Origin: an uncultured Gemmatimonadales bacterium
GTDB taxonomy: Bacteria; Gemmatimonadota; Gemmatimonadetes; Longimicrobiales; RSA9
Length of the DNA: 64,000 nucleotides
NCBI GenBank assembly: GCA_963741945.1
Contig: CAVUKA010000008.1
Span: forward strand, 64,001-128,000
Direction: 5' to 3'
A program made the position numbers and the translations under genes. This document shows, in pieces, positions 41,592-53,330 of the stretch. A model generated the notes under the pieces. The model ran no database searches. It was not told the DNA's origin and saw only the letters and a program-made list of their open reading frames with translations. Every line of letters begins with the position of its first letter. Position 1 is the first letter of the stretch.

Positions 41592-43140
41592 CCCGGGCCG
41601 CCGCCCTCGGCCTGGCTTCGCTCGCCGCCATCCTCTCGGCCGGCGCGGTCCCCCACGCCGCAGGAGCGCAGGTCCCGTTTCACCCCGGTGTCGCCCGCCA
41701 GGAATCCGTCACGGTCGTGCTCAGCGGCGCCGCGGACGTCGCGCTCGACCGCCGCCTCGCCCTGCTGCTGCGCGAGCACCCGGCCATGGTGACCACGGAC
41801 GTGCGCCTGCCGCCGAACGATACGATCCGGCGCTCGGTCCTCGTGCTCGATGCCACGATCGTGGTCGAGGGCGTGATCGAAGGCGATCTCGTCATCGTCG
41901 ATGGCGGCGCCTTCGTGCGCCCGAGCGCCGTGGTGCGCGGCGACATCGTGAACATCGCCGGCGGCCTCTACCGCTCCGAGCTGTCGCGCATTTCCGGCAG
42001 GATCCTCGACCTCCCCGCCGCGGCCTACCGGGTGGTGCGGGAGCCCGAGCACCAGCGGATCGTGATCCGGGCGTCCGCCAGACCCTCGCCCATCGAGCTC
42101 GACGGCTACATGGGCCTTCACGTCCCCGACTACGACCGCGTCAACGGCGTGACTGCCGTGTGGGGAGCGCGATACCGGTTCCCGCTCCTGGGCAATGTCA
42201 CGCCGTCCGTCCACGCGCAGGGTGGGTGGATGACGGGAAGGGGTGAGCCGGAGTACGAAGCGGACGTTTCCGCGCACTGGGTCGGCGCCCGCGTCGGAGC
42301 CGGATACGAGCACGGGTGGGCCACCCACGACCGGTGGATCAGGGGCGATCTCCAGAACTCCCTGGATTTCCTCTGGGACGGCGATGACCTTCGCGACTAC
42401 TACGCCGTCAACCGCGCGTGGGGCCGGGTGGCGAAGGAGTTCGGAGATGTGGACAAGAGCCTCTACGCCGTCCTCTCCGTCACGGGCCAGGCCGAGGATG
42501 CCCGGTCCCTCCAGGGCGGGCAGCCGTGGACCCTCTGGGGCGACAGCGCCCGCGCCAATCCGTCCATCCTGGAGGGTCGGACCACCAGCGCCATCGCGGC
42601 CGTGGACCTGGAATGGCGGGGTCAGCAATCCATGTTCGACGGGCGCCTCGAATACGAACGCGCACAACAGGTGGTCGGTGGCGATTTCGCCTTCGATCGC
42701 GTGGCCGTGCGCGGCGAGTGGGCCATGCACGCCCTCTTCCGGCACACCCTCGAGATCGAGACGTATGTCCAGACGCCGATCGGCGGACGACCACTCCCCC
42801 CCCAGCGCTGGAGCTTCGTCGGTGGGTCGGGCACCCTCCTCACGCTCCCGGTCGCCGCCCAGATCGGCGACCATGTGGTGTTCGTCGAGTCCCGCTACAT
42901 CATTCCACTTCCACGCACTCTCGCCCTCCCCGTTCTCGGCGCCCCCGACTTCGAGCTCATCCACGCAGCCGGGTCCGCGTGGACCTCCCATGGCGAAGGC
43001 GACTTCCAGCAGGAAGTCGGCGCAAGACTCCAGTTCCCCGGCGTGTACGTGCGCTACATGATTCAGCCGACCGACCTCGCGGTAGGCCGCTTCGACCTCG
43101 CTCTCTCGTGGCCTTTCGGCACCCGACATCCGTGGCAACG

Positions 43141-43144
<4 letters not shown>
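41588..43144 (+). CDS. Secreted protein: bactofilin-like beta-helix repeats plus a probable outer-membrane beta-barrel
   Basis: Signal peptide ending AAGA-Q; repeats VEGVIEGDLVIVDG / AVVRGDIVNIAGG / SRISGRI; YDRVNG then amphipathic beta-strands rich in W/Y/F; start and stop overlap the flanking genes. Confidence 0.6.
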
Positions 43145-45617
<2,473 letters not shown>

Positions 45618-45618
45618 C

Positions 45619-46521
45619 ATGGGGTCCACCATCGAGGGCGCCGCCGCTGGGGGCGAGGCGCAGTGGTTCCGGGCGGACGGGCCATTCTTCGTGATAGCCG
45701 GGCCCTGCGTCCTGGAGGATGACGCGCTGAACCTTCGCGTGGGCGAGGCGCTGGCGCGGATCGCCGATGACCTGCACCTCCCCATCATCTTCAAGGCTTC
45801 CTTCGACAAGGCCAATCGCAGCCGCCTCGGCTCCCCCCGCGGCCCGGGTCTCGACCACGGCCTTGAGCGTCTTGCCCGCGTCCGCCGCGGCACCGGCCTT
45901 CCCCTGCTCACCGACATCCACGAGGCCGCACAGGCCGCCGCCGCCGCCGAGGTCTGCGACGTGCTCCAGATCCCGGCATTCCTATGCCGGCAGACCGACC
46001 TCCTCCAGGCCGCCGGCGCCACCGGGCGCGCCGTGAACATCAAGAAAGGACAGTGGATGGCCCCGGAGGAGATGGCCGGAGCCGCCGCCAAGGTCCGGAG
46101 CGCGAGGCGCGACGCGGGTGGCGCCGGCGACAACGGGGTGGCGGTGACCGAGCGAGGCACGTTCTTCGGCTTCGGCGACCTGGTGGTCGACATGCGCTCG
46201 TTCAGCCGTCTCCGCGCGGCCACGGGCGCTCCGGCCGTGTTCGATGGCACCCACTCGGTGCAGCGCCCCGGCATGGGACCGGGCGTGAGCGGCGGCGACC
46301 CCGAGTTTATCGCCCCGCTGGTGCGCGCCGCCGTGTCGGCGGGCGCCGACGGACTGTTCATGGAAGTCCACCCGACGCCGAGGGAAGCTCCCTCCGATAG
46401 CACCAACATGCTCCCCCTCGCGTCGTTCCGCCCTCTTCTCGAACAGGTGCTTGACCTCCGGGCGATGCTCTTTGGAGATGGCGACGACGGGCCCGAGCGG
46501 GACGCGGCCGCCCGTGGCTAG
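45619..46521 (+). CDS. kdsA: Kdo-8-phosphate synthase
   Basis: IAGPCVLE, FKASFDKANRS, LQIPAFLCRQTDLL, NIKKGQ, TERG, FDGTHSVQRPG. Confidence 0.96.
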   Translation: MGSTIEGAAAGGEAQWFRADGPFFVIAGPCVLEDDALNLRVGEALARIADDLHLPIIFKASFDKANRSRLGSPRGPGLDHGLERLARVRRGTGLPLLTDIHEAAQAAAAAEVCDVLQIPAFLCRQTDLLQAAGATGRAVNIKKGQWMAPEEMAGAAAKVRSARRDAGGAGDNGVAVTERGTFFGFGDLVVDMRSFSRLRAATGAPAVFDGTHSVQRPGMGPGVSGGDPEFIAPLVRAAVSAGADGLFMEVHPTPREAPSDSTNMLPLASFRPLLEQVLDLRAMLFGDGDDGPERDAAARG

Positions 46522-47104
46522 CCGTCCGATCCCCCGTGACCTGGCGCACCGGATCCGGATGGTGGTGCTGGACGTGGACGGCGTGCTGACCGACAACGGC
46601 GTCTACATCGGTGCCACCGCCGCCGGCGAGCGGGTCGAGCTGAAACGCTTCCATATCATGGACGGGATCGGGCTCAAGATGCTGCAGTGGGCGGGGCTGC
46701 ACGTGGTGCTGGTCAGCGGGCGCGAATCCCCCGCTACGAAGCTCCGCGCCGCGGAGCTCGGGATCGAAGCCCGACAGGTGGAGGGTGGGTACAAGCTCGA
46801 CACCGTGCAGGAGATCCTGGACACCGACGGAATCGGGTGGGAGGCGCTGGCCGTGATTGGCGACGATCTGGCCGATCTCCCGCTGCTCGATCGCGCGGGT
46901 CTCCCCGGCACCGTGCCGAACGGGGCCGCCGAGCTGAAGGCGCGGGCTCACTGGGTGGCGTCGCTGCCGGGCGGAAGCGGCGCCGTGCGCGAGTTCGCCG
47001 AAGCGCTGCTGAAAGCCCGGGGTCAGTGGTCGTCGCTGGTGGCTGCCTACCAGCAGTCGCGCGAGCGGGGTGGTGACGTGGGGGAACACATGGAGCGCGA
47101 ATGA
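46514..47104 (+). CDS. kdsC: Kdo-8-phosphate phosphatase (HAD family)
   Basis: LDVDGVLTD, FHIMDGIG, SGRES, IGDDLAD, GGSGAVREF. Confidence 0.93.
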   Translation: MASRPIPRDLAHRIRMVVLDVDGVLTDNGVYIGATAAGERVELKRFHIMDGIGLKMLQWAGLHVVLVSGRESPATKLRAAELGIEARQVEGGYKLDTVQEILDTDGIGWEALAVIGDDLADLPLLDRAGLPGTVPNGAAELKARAHWVASLPGGSGAVREFAEALLKARGQWSSLVAAYQQSRERGGDVGEHMERE

Positions 47105-48120
47105 ATCGACCGATCGTTCGTCCCGACGGGACTGCGCGAGGGCCTGTGGAGAACGGGGACGAGCTGCTCGAGCGGGCCAGGGGCGTGGTGCGGGCGGAAG
47201 CCGCCGCCGTGGCCGGACTGCAGGAGCGGATCGGCGACGATTTCCTCGAAGCCGTCTCCCTGATCTCGAGGGCCTCGGGCCGGGTGATCGTGAGCGGCGT
47301 CGGCAAGAGCGGGATCGTCGGGCGCAAGATCGCGGCGACCCTGACGTCCACCGGCACACCCGCCATCTTCCTCCACCCACTCGAGGGGCTGCACGGCGAT
47401 CTAGGGATCGTGGGGCGCGACGATGTCGCCATCCTGATCTCGAAGAGCGGCGAGTCGGCGGAGCTTTTCGGGCTCATGGATTTTCTGAGCCGTTCGGGGG
47501 TATCCATTGTCGCGATGACGGGACGCCTCGATTCCTCGCTGGCCCGAGGGGCGAAGATCGTCCTCGACTGCTCGGTGGAGGAGGAGGCGTGCCCGATGGA
47601 CCTGGCACCCACCACGTCCACCACGGTGACAGTGGCGCTGGGGGATGCGCTGGCTGTGGCGCTGCTGCTGCGAAAGGGCTTCGGGCCCGAGGACTTCGCG
47701 CGGCTGCATCCCGGTGGCGCGCTCGGTCGCAAGCTGACGCTGCGCGTGGGCGATGTCATGGTGACGGGCGAGGACGAGCTGCCCAGCATCGCCCCCGATG
47801 CGCCCATGCGTCGCTGCGTGGTCCTGCTGGCGGAGCGCCGGGGGACGGTCCCGGTGGTGGATGCTGAGGGGCGCGTCATCGGCGTGGTCACTGCCGGGGA
47901 CCTGACTCGCCTGATGGAGCGGCGCGACGATGTTCTGGACGTGGCCGTGGCCGATGTCATGAACCGTGGTCCGAAGACCACGGGGCCGGAGATGCTCGCC
48001 TCGGCGGCGGTGTTCCAGATGGAGAAGCACGGGATCATGGCGCTGCCGGTGGTCGACGATCAAAGGCGGCTGCTCGGCGTGGTGCACCTGCACGACCTGA
48101 TGCGCGCGGGCGCGGTTTGA
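47101..48120 (+). CDS. kdsD: Arabinose-5-phosphate isomerase (SIS + CBS)
   Basis: SGVGKSGIVGRKIAATLTSTGTPA, HGDLG, EEEACP, APTTST, FARLHPGGALG, GVVHLHDL. Confidence 0.96.
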   Translation: MNRPIVRPDGTARGPVENGDELLERARGVVRAEAAAVAGLQERIGDDFLEAVSLISRASGRVIVSGVGKSGIVGRKIAATLTSTGTPAIFLHPLEGLHGDLGIVGRDDVAILISKSGESAELFGLMDFLSRSGVSIVAMTGRLDSSLARGAKIVLDCSVEEEACPMDLAPTTSTTVTVALGDALAVALLLRKGFGPEDFARLHPGGALGRKLTLRVGDVMVTGEDELPSIAPDAPMRRCVVLLAERRGTVPVVDAEGRVIGVVTAGDLTRLMERRDDVLDVAVADVMNRGPKTTGPEMLASAAVFQMEKHGIMALPVVDDQRRLLGVVHLHDLMRAGAV

Positions 48121-48155
48121 GCGGGAACAGGGAAAGGGATCGAGAGCCGGTGAGG

Positions 48156-48731
48156 ATGAACAGCGTGCCGAACAGGGGGATCCGGAGACCGGGCCGGCGG
48201 GCCGCGAGCGCGATTGCCGCGCTGCTCGCCATCGCGGCGTTCGGGTGCGGCCGGGGCGAAGATCCCACGGGCGGCAGCAATCTGCGCGACCTCCCGGCCG
48301 ACCAGGTGGTGTTCGACCTGCGCATGAACATCAACGACATGGGCGTCGTGCGCGCTCGCCTGCACGCGGACACCGCCTACATCTGGGAAGATTCAGCCAA
48401 GACCCTGATGGTTCCGGTGGACCTCAAGCTTTACGATGATGACGGCGCGGAGACGGCGCACCTGACCGCCGATGAGGGCACGCACTACGCCCGCGACAAC
48501 CGCATGACGGCCCGCGGAAACGTGGTTCTCGTCACCGCCGACGGTGATCGCCGCATTCTCACCGAGGAGCTCCATTATGATCCGCACCAGGGCCGGATCT
48601 GGAGCGATCTCCCCACGGTGATGTTCCAGGGCGATTCGCGCGTGGAGGGGAAGGGGTTCCGGGCCGACGACCAGATGAAGAACATCGAGGTCTTCAAGAG
48701 CACGGGCGAGAACATCGAGATCGAGTTCTGA
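48156..48731 (+). CDS. lptC: LPS export protein LptC (lipoprotein type)
   Basis: Position between kdsD and lptA; LHADTA, LTADEG, ARGNVVL, LTEELHYD, GKGFRAD jellyroll-type strands; lipobox AAFGC. Confidence 0.8.
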   Translation: MNSVPNRGIRRPGRRAASAIAALLAIAAFGCGRGEDPTGGSNLRDLPADQVVFDLRMNINDMGVVRARLHADTAYIWEDSAKTLMVPVDLKLYDDDGAETAHLTADEGTHYARDNRMTARGNVVLVTADGDRRILTEELHYDPHQGRIWSDLPTVMFQGDSRVEGKGFRADDQMKNIEVFKSTGENIEIEF

Positions 48732-48732
48732 G

Positions 48733-50337
48733 ATGCGGCGGTCGTGGGTCGGTGCAATCGGGACGGTCCTGGTCCTGGCGGCCCTCCCTGCGGCCGCCGC
48801 TGCGCAGCAGACGCGTACCTGCCGTCAGACGCGCCCATCGGATTTCCAGCGGATCGTGAATGCCTGGGGCCAGGAGCTCCTGTATTTCAAGGACCCGGTC
48901 CGCTGGGTCTGCACGGGCGGCATCCTGCTGGAGGCCGATAGCGCGGTCATGAACCGCGCCGTCAGCACGATCGAGCTGGTGGGCGGAGTGGTGTACCGGG
49001 ACACGGCCCGGGAGCTCACCGCCGACTGGGCCAACTACATGGGCAAGGACGACCAGCTCTATGCCCGGGGAAACGTCGTGCTCCGGGAGCTCGACACCCA
49101 GGCCCGCATCACCGGCGAGACACTGGACTATCGGCGCGCCACGCCGGAGCGGCCCGAGTCCCGCATGATCGTTCAGGGAGGGCGCCCGCACGCCGTCCTT
49201 CCCCCGAGGCCGGACTCCGCCGCGGCCACGCCCCCGGACACGGCGCAGCCGCTCGAAGTATGGGGGCGCGTGATCGAGATCGACAACGAGAACATCTTCC
49301 GCGCCCGCGGGGACGTCGAGCTCCTGCGCGGCGACATGCGGGGCGCCGGGCAGTCGCTTCGTTACAGCGACGCGGAGGAGCACCTGACGCTCAGGGGCAA
49401 GGCCCACGTCGAGAGCGATGCGTATCGGCTGGAAGGCGAGCGCATCGACGCCCAGCTGCAGGGAGACACGCTTCGAGAGGTCCGCGCCGACAGCGCGGCG
49501 CGCCTGGTCTCGGAAGACCTCACGATCCTCTCGCAGCAGCTCCGGATCGGGTTCATTGGCGGCGACATCGATCGTCTGGAAGCATGGACGCCCGGTGACC
49601 GCGTCAGCTCGACGTCCAGAACCGCCCCGGCCGAACCCGGGCGCGCTTCGCCGCGGCCTGCACCCGTTCCCCCCGCGCCAGGCGCCTCCGGGAGCGCTGC
49701 CTCGCCCGCCAGCCCGCCGCCCGGGATGGCGCTGGCCATCGCGAAGGACTTCCGCCTGAGCGCCGACTCCATCGATGCCCGCGCCGACTCCGGCGCGGTC
49801 CGGGAAGTGCGGGCCGTCGGGCGCGCCCGGGGGGAGCGCAAACCGGACTCCACCGGAGCACGGGTGCCGGGGATCGTCGCCCGGGACTGGGTCCAGGGCG
49901 ATACCATCATCGGCTACTTCGACCAGCGGCCGACCGCCGCTCGGCCCGCTGACACGTCCGCCCGGCGCCGCAGTGCCCTGGAGCGTGGCGGCCTGGACAG
50001 CATGAAGACGGTTCCGGAGGGGGACGTGGCCGCCGATGACCTGCGCCGGCGTGGCTCGGAGAGGGCCGATCCGGACAGCCTCGAAACGGTCCTGGAGCGG
50101 ATCGTGGTGATCGGGACCGCCGCTCCGGCGCTCTCCCTCTATCGTCTCGAGCCGGAGCACCCGGGCGGCCCTCGCCCGGTCAATTTCATGAGAGCGAAGA
50201 AGATCGAGCTTTTCCTGACCCACGGAGACGTGGAGCGCGTGGAAGCGGAGGGGCCCATCGAAGGGCGATACCTGGAGCCCGTCCCCCCGAAGCCCGCGGC
50301 AGCCGACACAACGTCCGCCCCGGTCGGGAGACCATGA
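48733..50337 (+). CDS. lptA: Large OstA/LptA-like periplasmic protein
   Basis: Signal peptide; repeated LEADSA / LTADWA / ARGNVVL / ARGDVEL / LEGERI / LSADSI / VQGDTI motifs; lies between lptC and lptB. Confidence 0.72.
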   Translation: MRRSWVGAIGTVLVLAALPAAAAAQQTRTCRQTRPSDFQRIVNAWGQELLYFKDPVRWVCTGGILLEADSAVMNRAVSTIELVGGVVYRDTARELTADWANYMGKDDQLYARGNVVLRELDTQARITGETLDYRRATPERPESRMIVQGGRPHAVLPPRPDSAAATPPDTAQPLEVWGRVIEIDNENIFRARGDVELLRGDMRGAGQSLRYSDAEEHLTLRGKAHVESDAYRLEGERIDAQLQGDTLREVRADSAARLVSEDLTILSQQLRIGFIGGDIDRLEAWTPGDRVSSTSRTAPAEPGRASPRPAPVPPAPGASGSAASPASPPPGMALAIAKDFRLSADSIDARADSGAVREVRAVGRARGERKPDSTGARVPGIVARDWVQGDTIIGYFDQRPTAARPADTSARRRSALERGGLDSMKTVPEGDVAADDLRRRGSERADPDSLETVLERIVVIGTAAPALSLYRLEPEHPGGPRPVNFMRAKKIELFLTHGDVERVEAEGPIEGRYLEPVPPKPAAADTTSAPVGRP

Positions 50338-51554
50338 CGACCGTGACCCAACTCGACGATTTCATTGCCACACTTTCCCGCCACGACGGGTCCGTGGCGC
50401 TCGCGCTGCTGGAGCTGCTCCGTTACGCCGACGCAGACGGCGCCGTCGAGCGGAGCGACTGGGTCGCTGCCGTGCGCATGGCCTTCGCCCGCCTCACGCC
50501 CGACCAGGCGCTGATCCGGCCCGGGCTCGCCGATGAAGGCGACTCCCCGGAGCAACTCGCGCGCTACCTGCGCGACCACGTCCTGAGCCGCGCCGCCGAG
50601 CACGGCCTCGCCTCGCCGTTCCCGAGCATGGACGACTGGCAGGGTGTCCGCATCGACCCGGATCTCTGGACCCGGATCAGCCCCGAGCGGGAAGTGCTGC
50701 TGGACCGCCTCGACAGCGCGGTACGAAACTTGTTAGACCACGAGTGGCAGGCGGCCGCCCGACCGGGCACCCTGCCGACGAGCGGTGAGCGAACGGGCAG
50801 TACGCTGCGATCCGAATCGCTGATCAAGGTCTACCGTAAACGCAAGGCCGTAAATGAAGTCAGTGTAGAGGTTTCGCAGGGCGAGATCGTCGGTTTGCTC
50901 GGGCCGAACGGCGCGGGCAAGACCACCACGTTCTACATGATGGTGGGGCTGATCCGACCCGACGAGGGACGCGTGTTCCTCGATGACCGGGAGCTGACCG
51001 ACACGCCAATGTACAGGCGGGCGAGGGCCGGTGTGGGCTATCTCGCCCAGGAACCTTCGATCTTCAGGAAATTGACCGTAGAGGAGAACATCATGGCCAT
51101 CCTGGAGACGATGGACCTCCCAAGGGCCGAGCGAAAACGACGGCTGGAACGGCTTCTGGATGAGCTCGGGCTGAAGCCGTTACGGAAAGCCAGGGCCTAC
51201 TCCCTCTCCGGCGGGGAACGCCGACGCCTGGAAATCACGCGAGCCCTCGTCAGCGAGCCGAAGTTCATGCTCCTCGATGAGCCGTTCGCCGGCGTCGACC
51301 CCATCGCCGTCCACGACATCCAGCAGATCGTGGGCGACCTGCGCCACCGCGGGATCGGCGTCATCATCAGCGATCACAACGTGGAGCAGACATTGGAGAT
51401 CGTGGACCGCGCCTATATCATGTACGATGGACGTGTTCGCGTCTCCGGCACCGTGGGCGAGCTGGTCTGGAACGACGACGTGGCAGAAATCTACTTCGGT
51501 CCGACACTGACCGAGCGCATGCGCGAGCGATATCTGAAGCCTGATACTGTATGA
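50334..51554 (+). CDS. lptB: LPS export ABC ATPase LptB with N-terminal extension
   Basis: GLLGPNGAGKTTTFYM, GYLAQEPSIFRKL, LSGGERRRLEI, LLDEPFAGVDP, SDHNV. Confidence 0.93.
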   Translation: MTTVTQLDDFIATLSRHDGSVALALLELLRYADADGAVERSDWVAAVRMAFARLTPDQALIRPGLADEGDSPEQLARYLRDHVLSRAAEHGLASPFPSMDDWQGVRIDPDLWTRISPEREVLLDRLDSAVRNLLDHEWQAAARPGTLPTSGERTGSTLRSESLIKVYRKRKAVNEVSVEVSQGEIVGLLGPNGAGKTTTFYMMVGLIRPDEGRVFLDDRELTDTPMYRRARAGVGYLAQEPSIFRKLTVEENIMAILETMDLPRAERKRRLERLLDELGLKPLRKARAYSLSGGERRRLEITRALVSEPKFMLLDEPFAGVDPIAVHDIQQIVGDLRHRGIGVIISDHNVEQTLEIVDRAYIMYDGRVRVSGTVGELVWNDDVAEIYFGPTLTERMRERYLKPDTV

Positions 51555-53002
51555 GCATACGAACCGGCCTGTACCAGGGCACACAGCTGAAGCAGGAGAT
51601 GAAGATCAATCCTCGCCTCTACCAGGCGATGGACCTGCTTTACATGCCCCTGATGGACCTCCAGCAGCACATAAAGCAGGAGATGCTGAACAACCCGTTC
51701 CTCGATCTCGAGGATCCTCTTGTGGAACCGGAGGATCTCAAGGCGGAGGACGAGAAGGAGAAGGAGAAGGAAGACGAGATCGACTGGGAGGAGATCCTCC
51801 TGGACGGTTTCGATGCGGGCGGCCGCAAACAGGAGTACGAGCAGAAGGAGTATTACGAGCCGGTCCGCGTCGAGACGCGCGACCTCTCCGACCATCTCCT
51901 GGATCAGCTCAAGCTGATGCGGCTGTCGGCGAGGGAAGTGCTGCTGGGCGAGGAGATCGTCGGCAACATCGACGACGAGGGCTACCTTGCCTGCTCCCTG
52001 GATGAAGTGGTCACATCGCTGAACGAGTGGCTCGAAGAGAACGGCGATGCCTGGGCGCGGGAGGACGACGACATTCAGCCCTATTCCCTGGCCGAAGCCG
52101 AGGAGATGGTGGAGAAGATCCAACGCTTCGATCCACCGGGGATCGGAGCGCGCGACCTGCGCGAGTGCATCCTGCTCCAGTTGCGCGATCTGGAAATGGA
52201 GGACTCTCGCACCTACACCATCGTGCGCGACTACTTCGACCAGCTCATCAATCACCGCTGGTCCGAGATCTCCAAGGAGCTGTCCATCACGCCGCGCGAG
52301 GTCCAGACGGCCGCCGACGAGATCGCCAAGCTGGATCCGAAGCCCGGGCTCAAGTACGCCGCCCCCGCGGACAACTACATCACGCCCGACCTGATCGTCG
52401 AGAAGATCGATGGCGCGTACCACGTCTTCCTGAACGACACCAGTCTGCCCCGTCTCAAGCTTTCGCGGACCTATCGCGAGATCGCCCGGGACAAGAGCAA
52501 GTTCAAGGGGGAGAACAAGGAGTTCATCTCCAACAAGCTCAATAGCGCCAACTGGATGATCCAGGCCATCGAGCAGCGGCGGCAGACGATGTTGAAGGTG
52601 ATGAACTTCATCGTGGACCGTCAGCGCGAGTACTTCGAGCGGGGCGTGCAGTACCTGAAGCCGCTCACGCTCCGGGAAGTGGCCGAGGTCATCGACATGC
52701 ACGAGTCCACGGTGTCGCGCGTGACGAACGAGAAGTACGTGCAGACGCCTCGCGGCGTCCTGCCCCTCAAGTTCTTCTTCTCCAGTGGTCTTTCCACCGA
52801 TTCGGGCGAGGATGTGAGCGCCCGCGGGATCAAGGCGAAGATCGAGAAGCTGGTGGAGGAGGAGAATCCAAAGAAACCGCTCACGGACCAGTCGATCGTG
52901 AACCTCCTCAAGGAAGAGGGGATCCAGATCGCCCGGCGCACCGTGGCCAAGTACCGGGACCAGCTCGGCATCCTCTCCGCCCGCATGCGCAAACGCGTGT
53001 AG
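51551..53002 (+). CDS. rpoN: RNA polymerase sigma-54 factor
   Basis: NPFL, GNIDDEGY, DPPGIGARDLRECILLQL, HESTVSRVT, RpoN box ARRTVAKYR. Confidence 0.97.
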   Translation: MSIRTGLYQGTQLKQEMKINPRLYQAMDLLYMPLMDLQQHIKQEMLNNPFLDLEDPLVEPEDLKAEDEKEKEKEDEIDWEEILLDGFDAGGRKQEYEQKEYYEPVRVETRDLSDHLLDQLKLMRLSAREVLLGEEIVGNIDDEGYLACSLDEVVTSLNEWLEENGDAWAREDDDIQPYSLAEAEEMVEKIQRFDPPGIGARDLRECILLQLRDLEMEDSRTYTIVRDYFDQLINHRWSEISKELSITPREVQTAADEIAKLDPKPGLKYAAPADNYITPDLIVEKIDGAYHVFLNDTSLPRLKLSRTYREIARDKSKFKGENKEFISNKLNSANWMIQAIEQRRQTMLKVMNFIVDRQREYFERGVQYLKPLTLREVAEVIDMHESTVSRVTNEKYVQTPRGVLPLKFFFSSGLSTDSGEDVSARGIKAKIEKLVEEENPKKPLTDQSIVNLLKEEGIQIARRTVAKYRDQLGILSARMRKRV

Positions 53003-53076
53003 GAGACGCGGGAGGCGCGGCAGAGCGGAGGAACCTTGGAGCTTGGAGGCGCGCGCGGAACGTCAGAACCTTCTCT

Positions 53077-53233
53077 CGCGAAGCCGCGAAGATCGCGGAG
53101 GGCTTCATCGGCGGCGCGATCCTCGACGGCTAGGCAAGGTAACCGGCCAAAGAGGGAAGACGTTGCCCAGTGAGCTTCCGGGCGAGGATACGAACTCGCC
53201 CGGAAAGCCTTTCGCGATCTTCGCGGCTTCGCG
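53077..53233. repeat. Long inverted-repeat element with an internal hairpin (MITE-like element or structured RNA)
   Basis: Perfect 21-bp IR CGCGAAGCCGCGAAGATCGCG (53077-53097) / CGCGATCTTCGCGGCTTCGCG (53213-53233); internal 11-bp stem 53176-53186/53195-53205. Confidence 0.75.
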
Positions 53234-53330
53234 TGCCCGACGTTCTTCGCGCCTTCGCCCGCCGGGGCGTTCCCCGCGGCTCCCTTCCCACGGTGGCGTT
53301 TCCCCGACGCATTCGGCATAATCCTGCCCC

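Noticed and set aside
53043..53321. 92-aa ORF in the rpoN-GT2 spacer
   Set aside because: TTG start, Arg/Pro/Ser-rich with no motifs, and it coincides with the inverted-repeat structure
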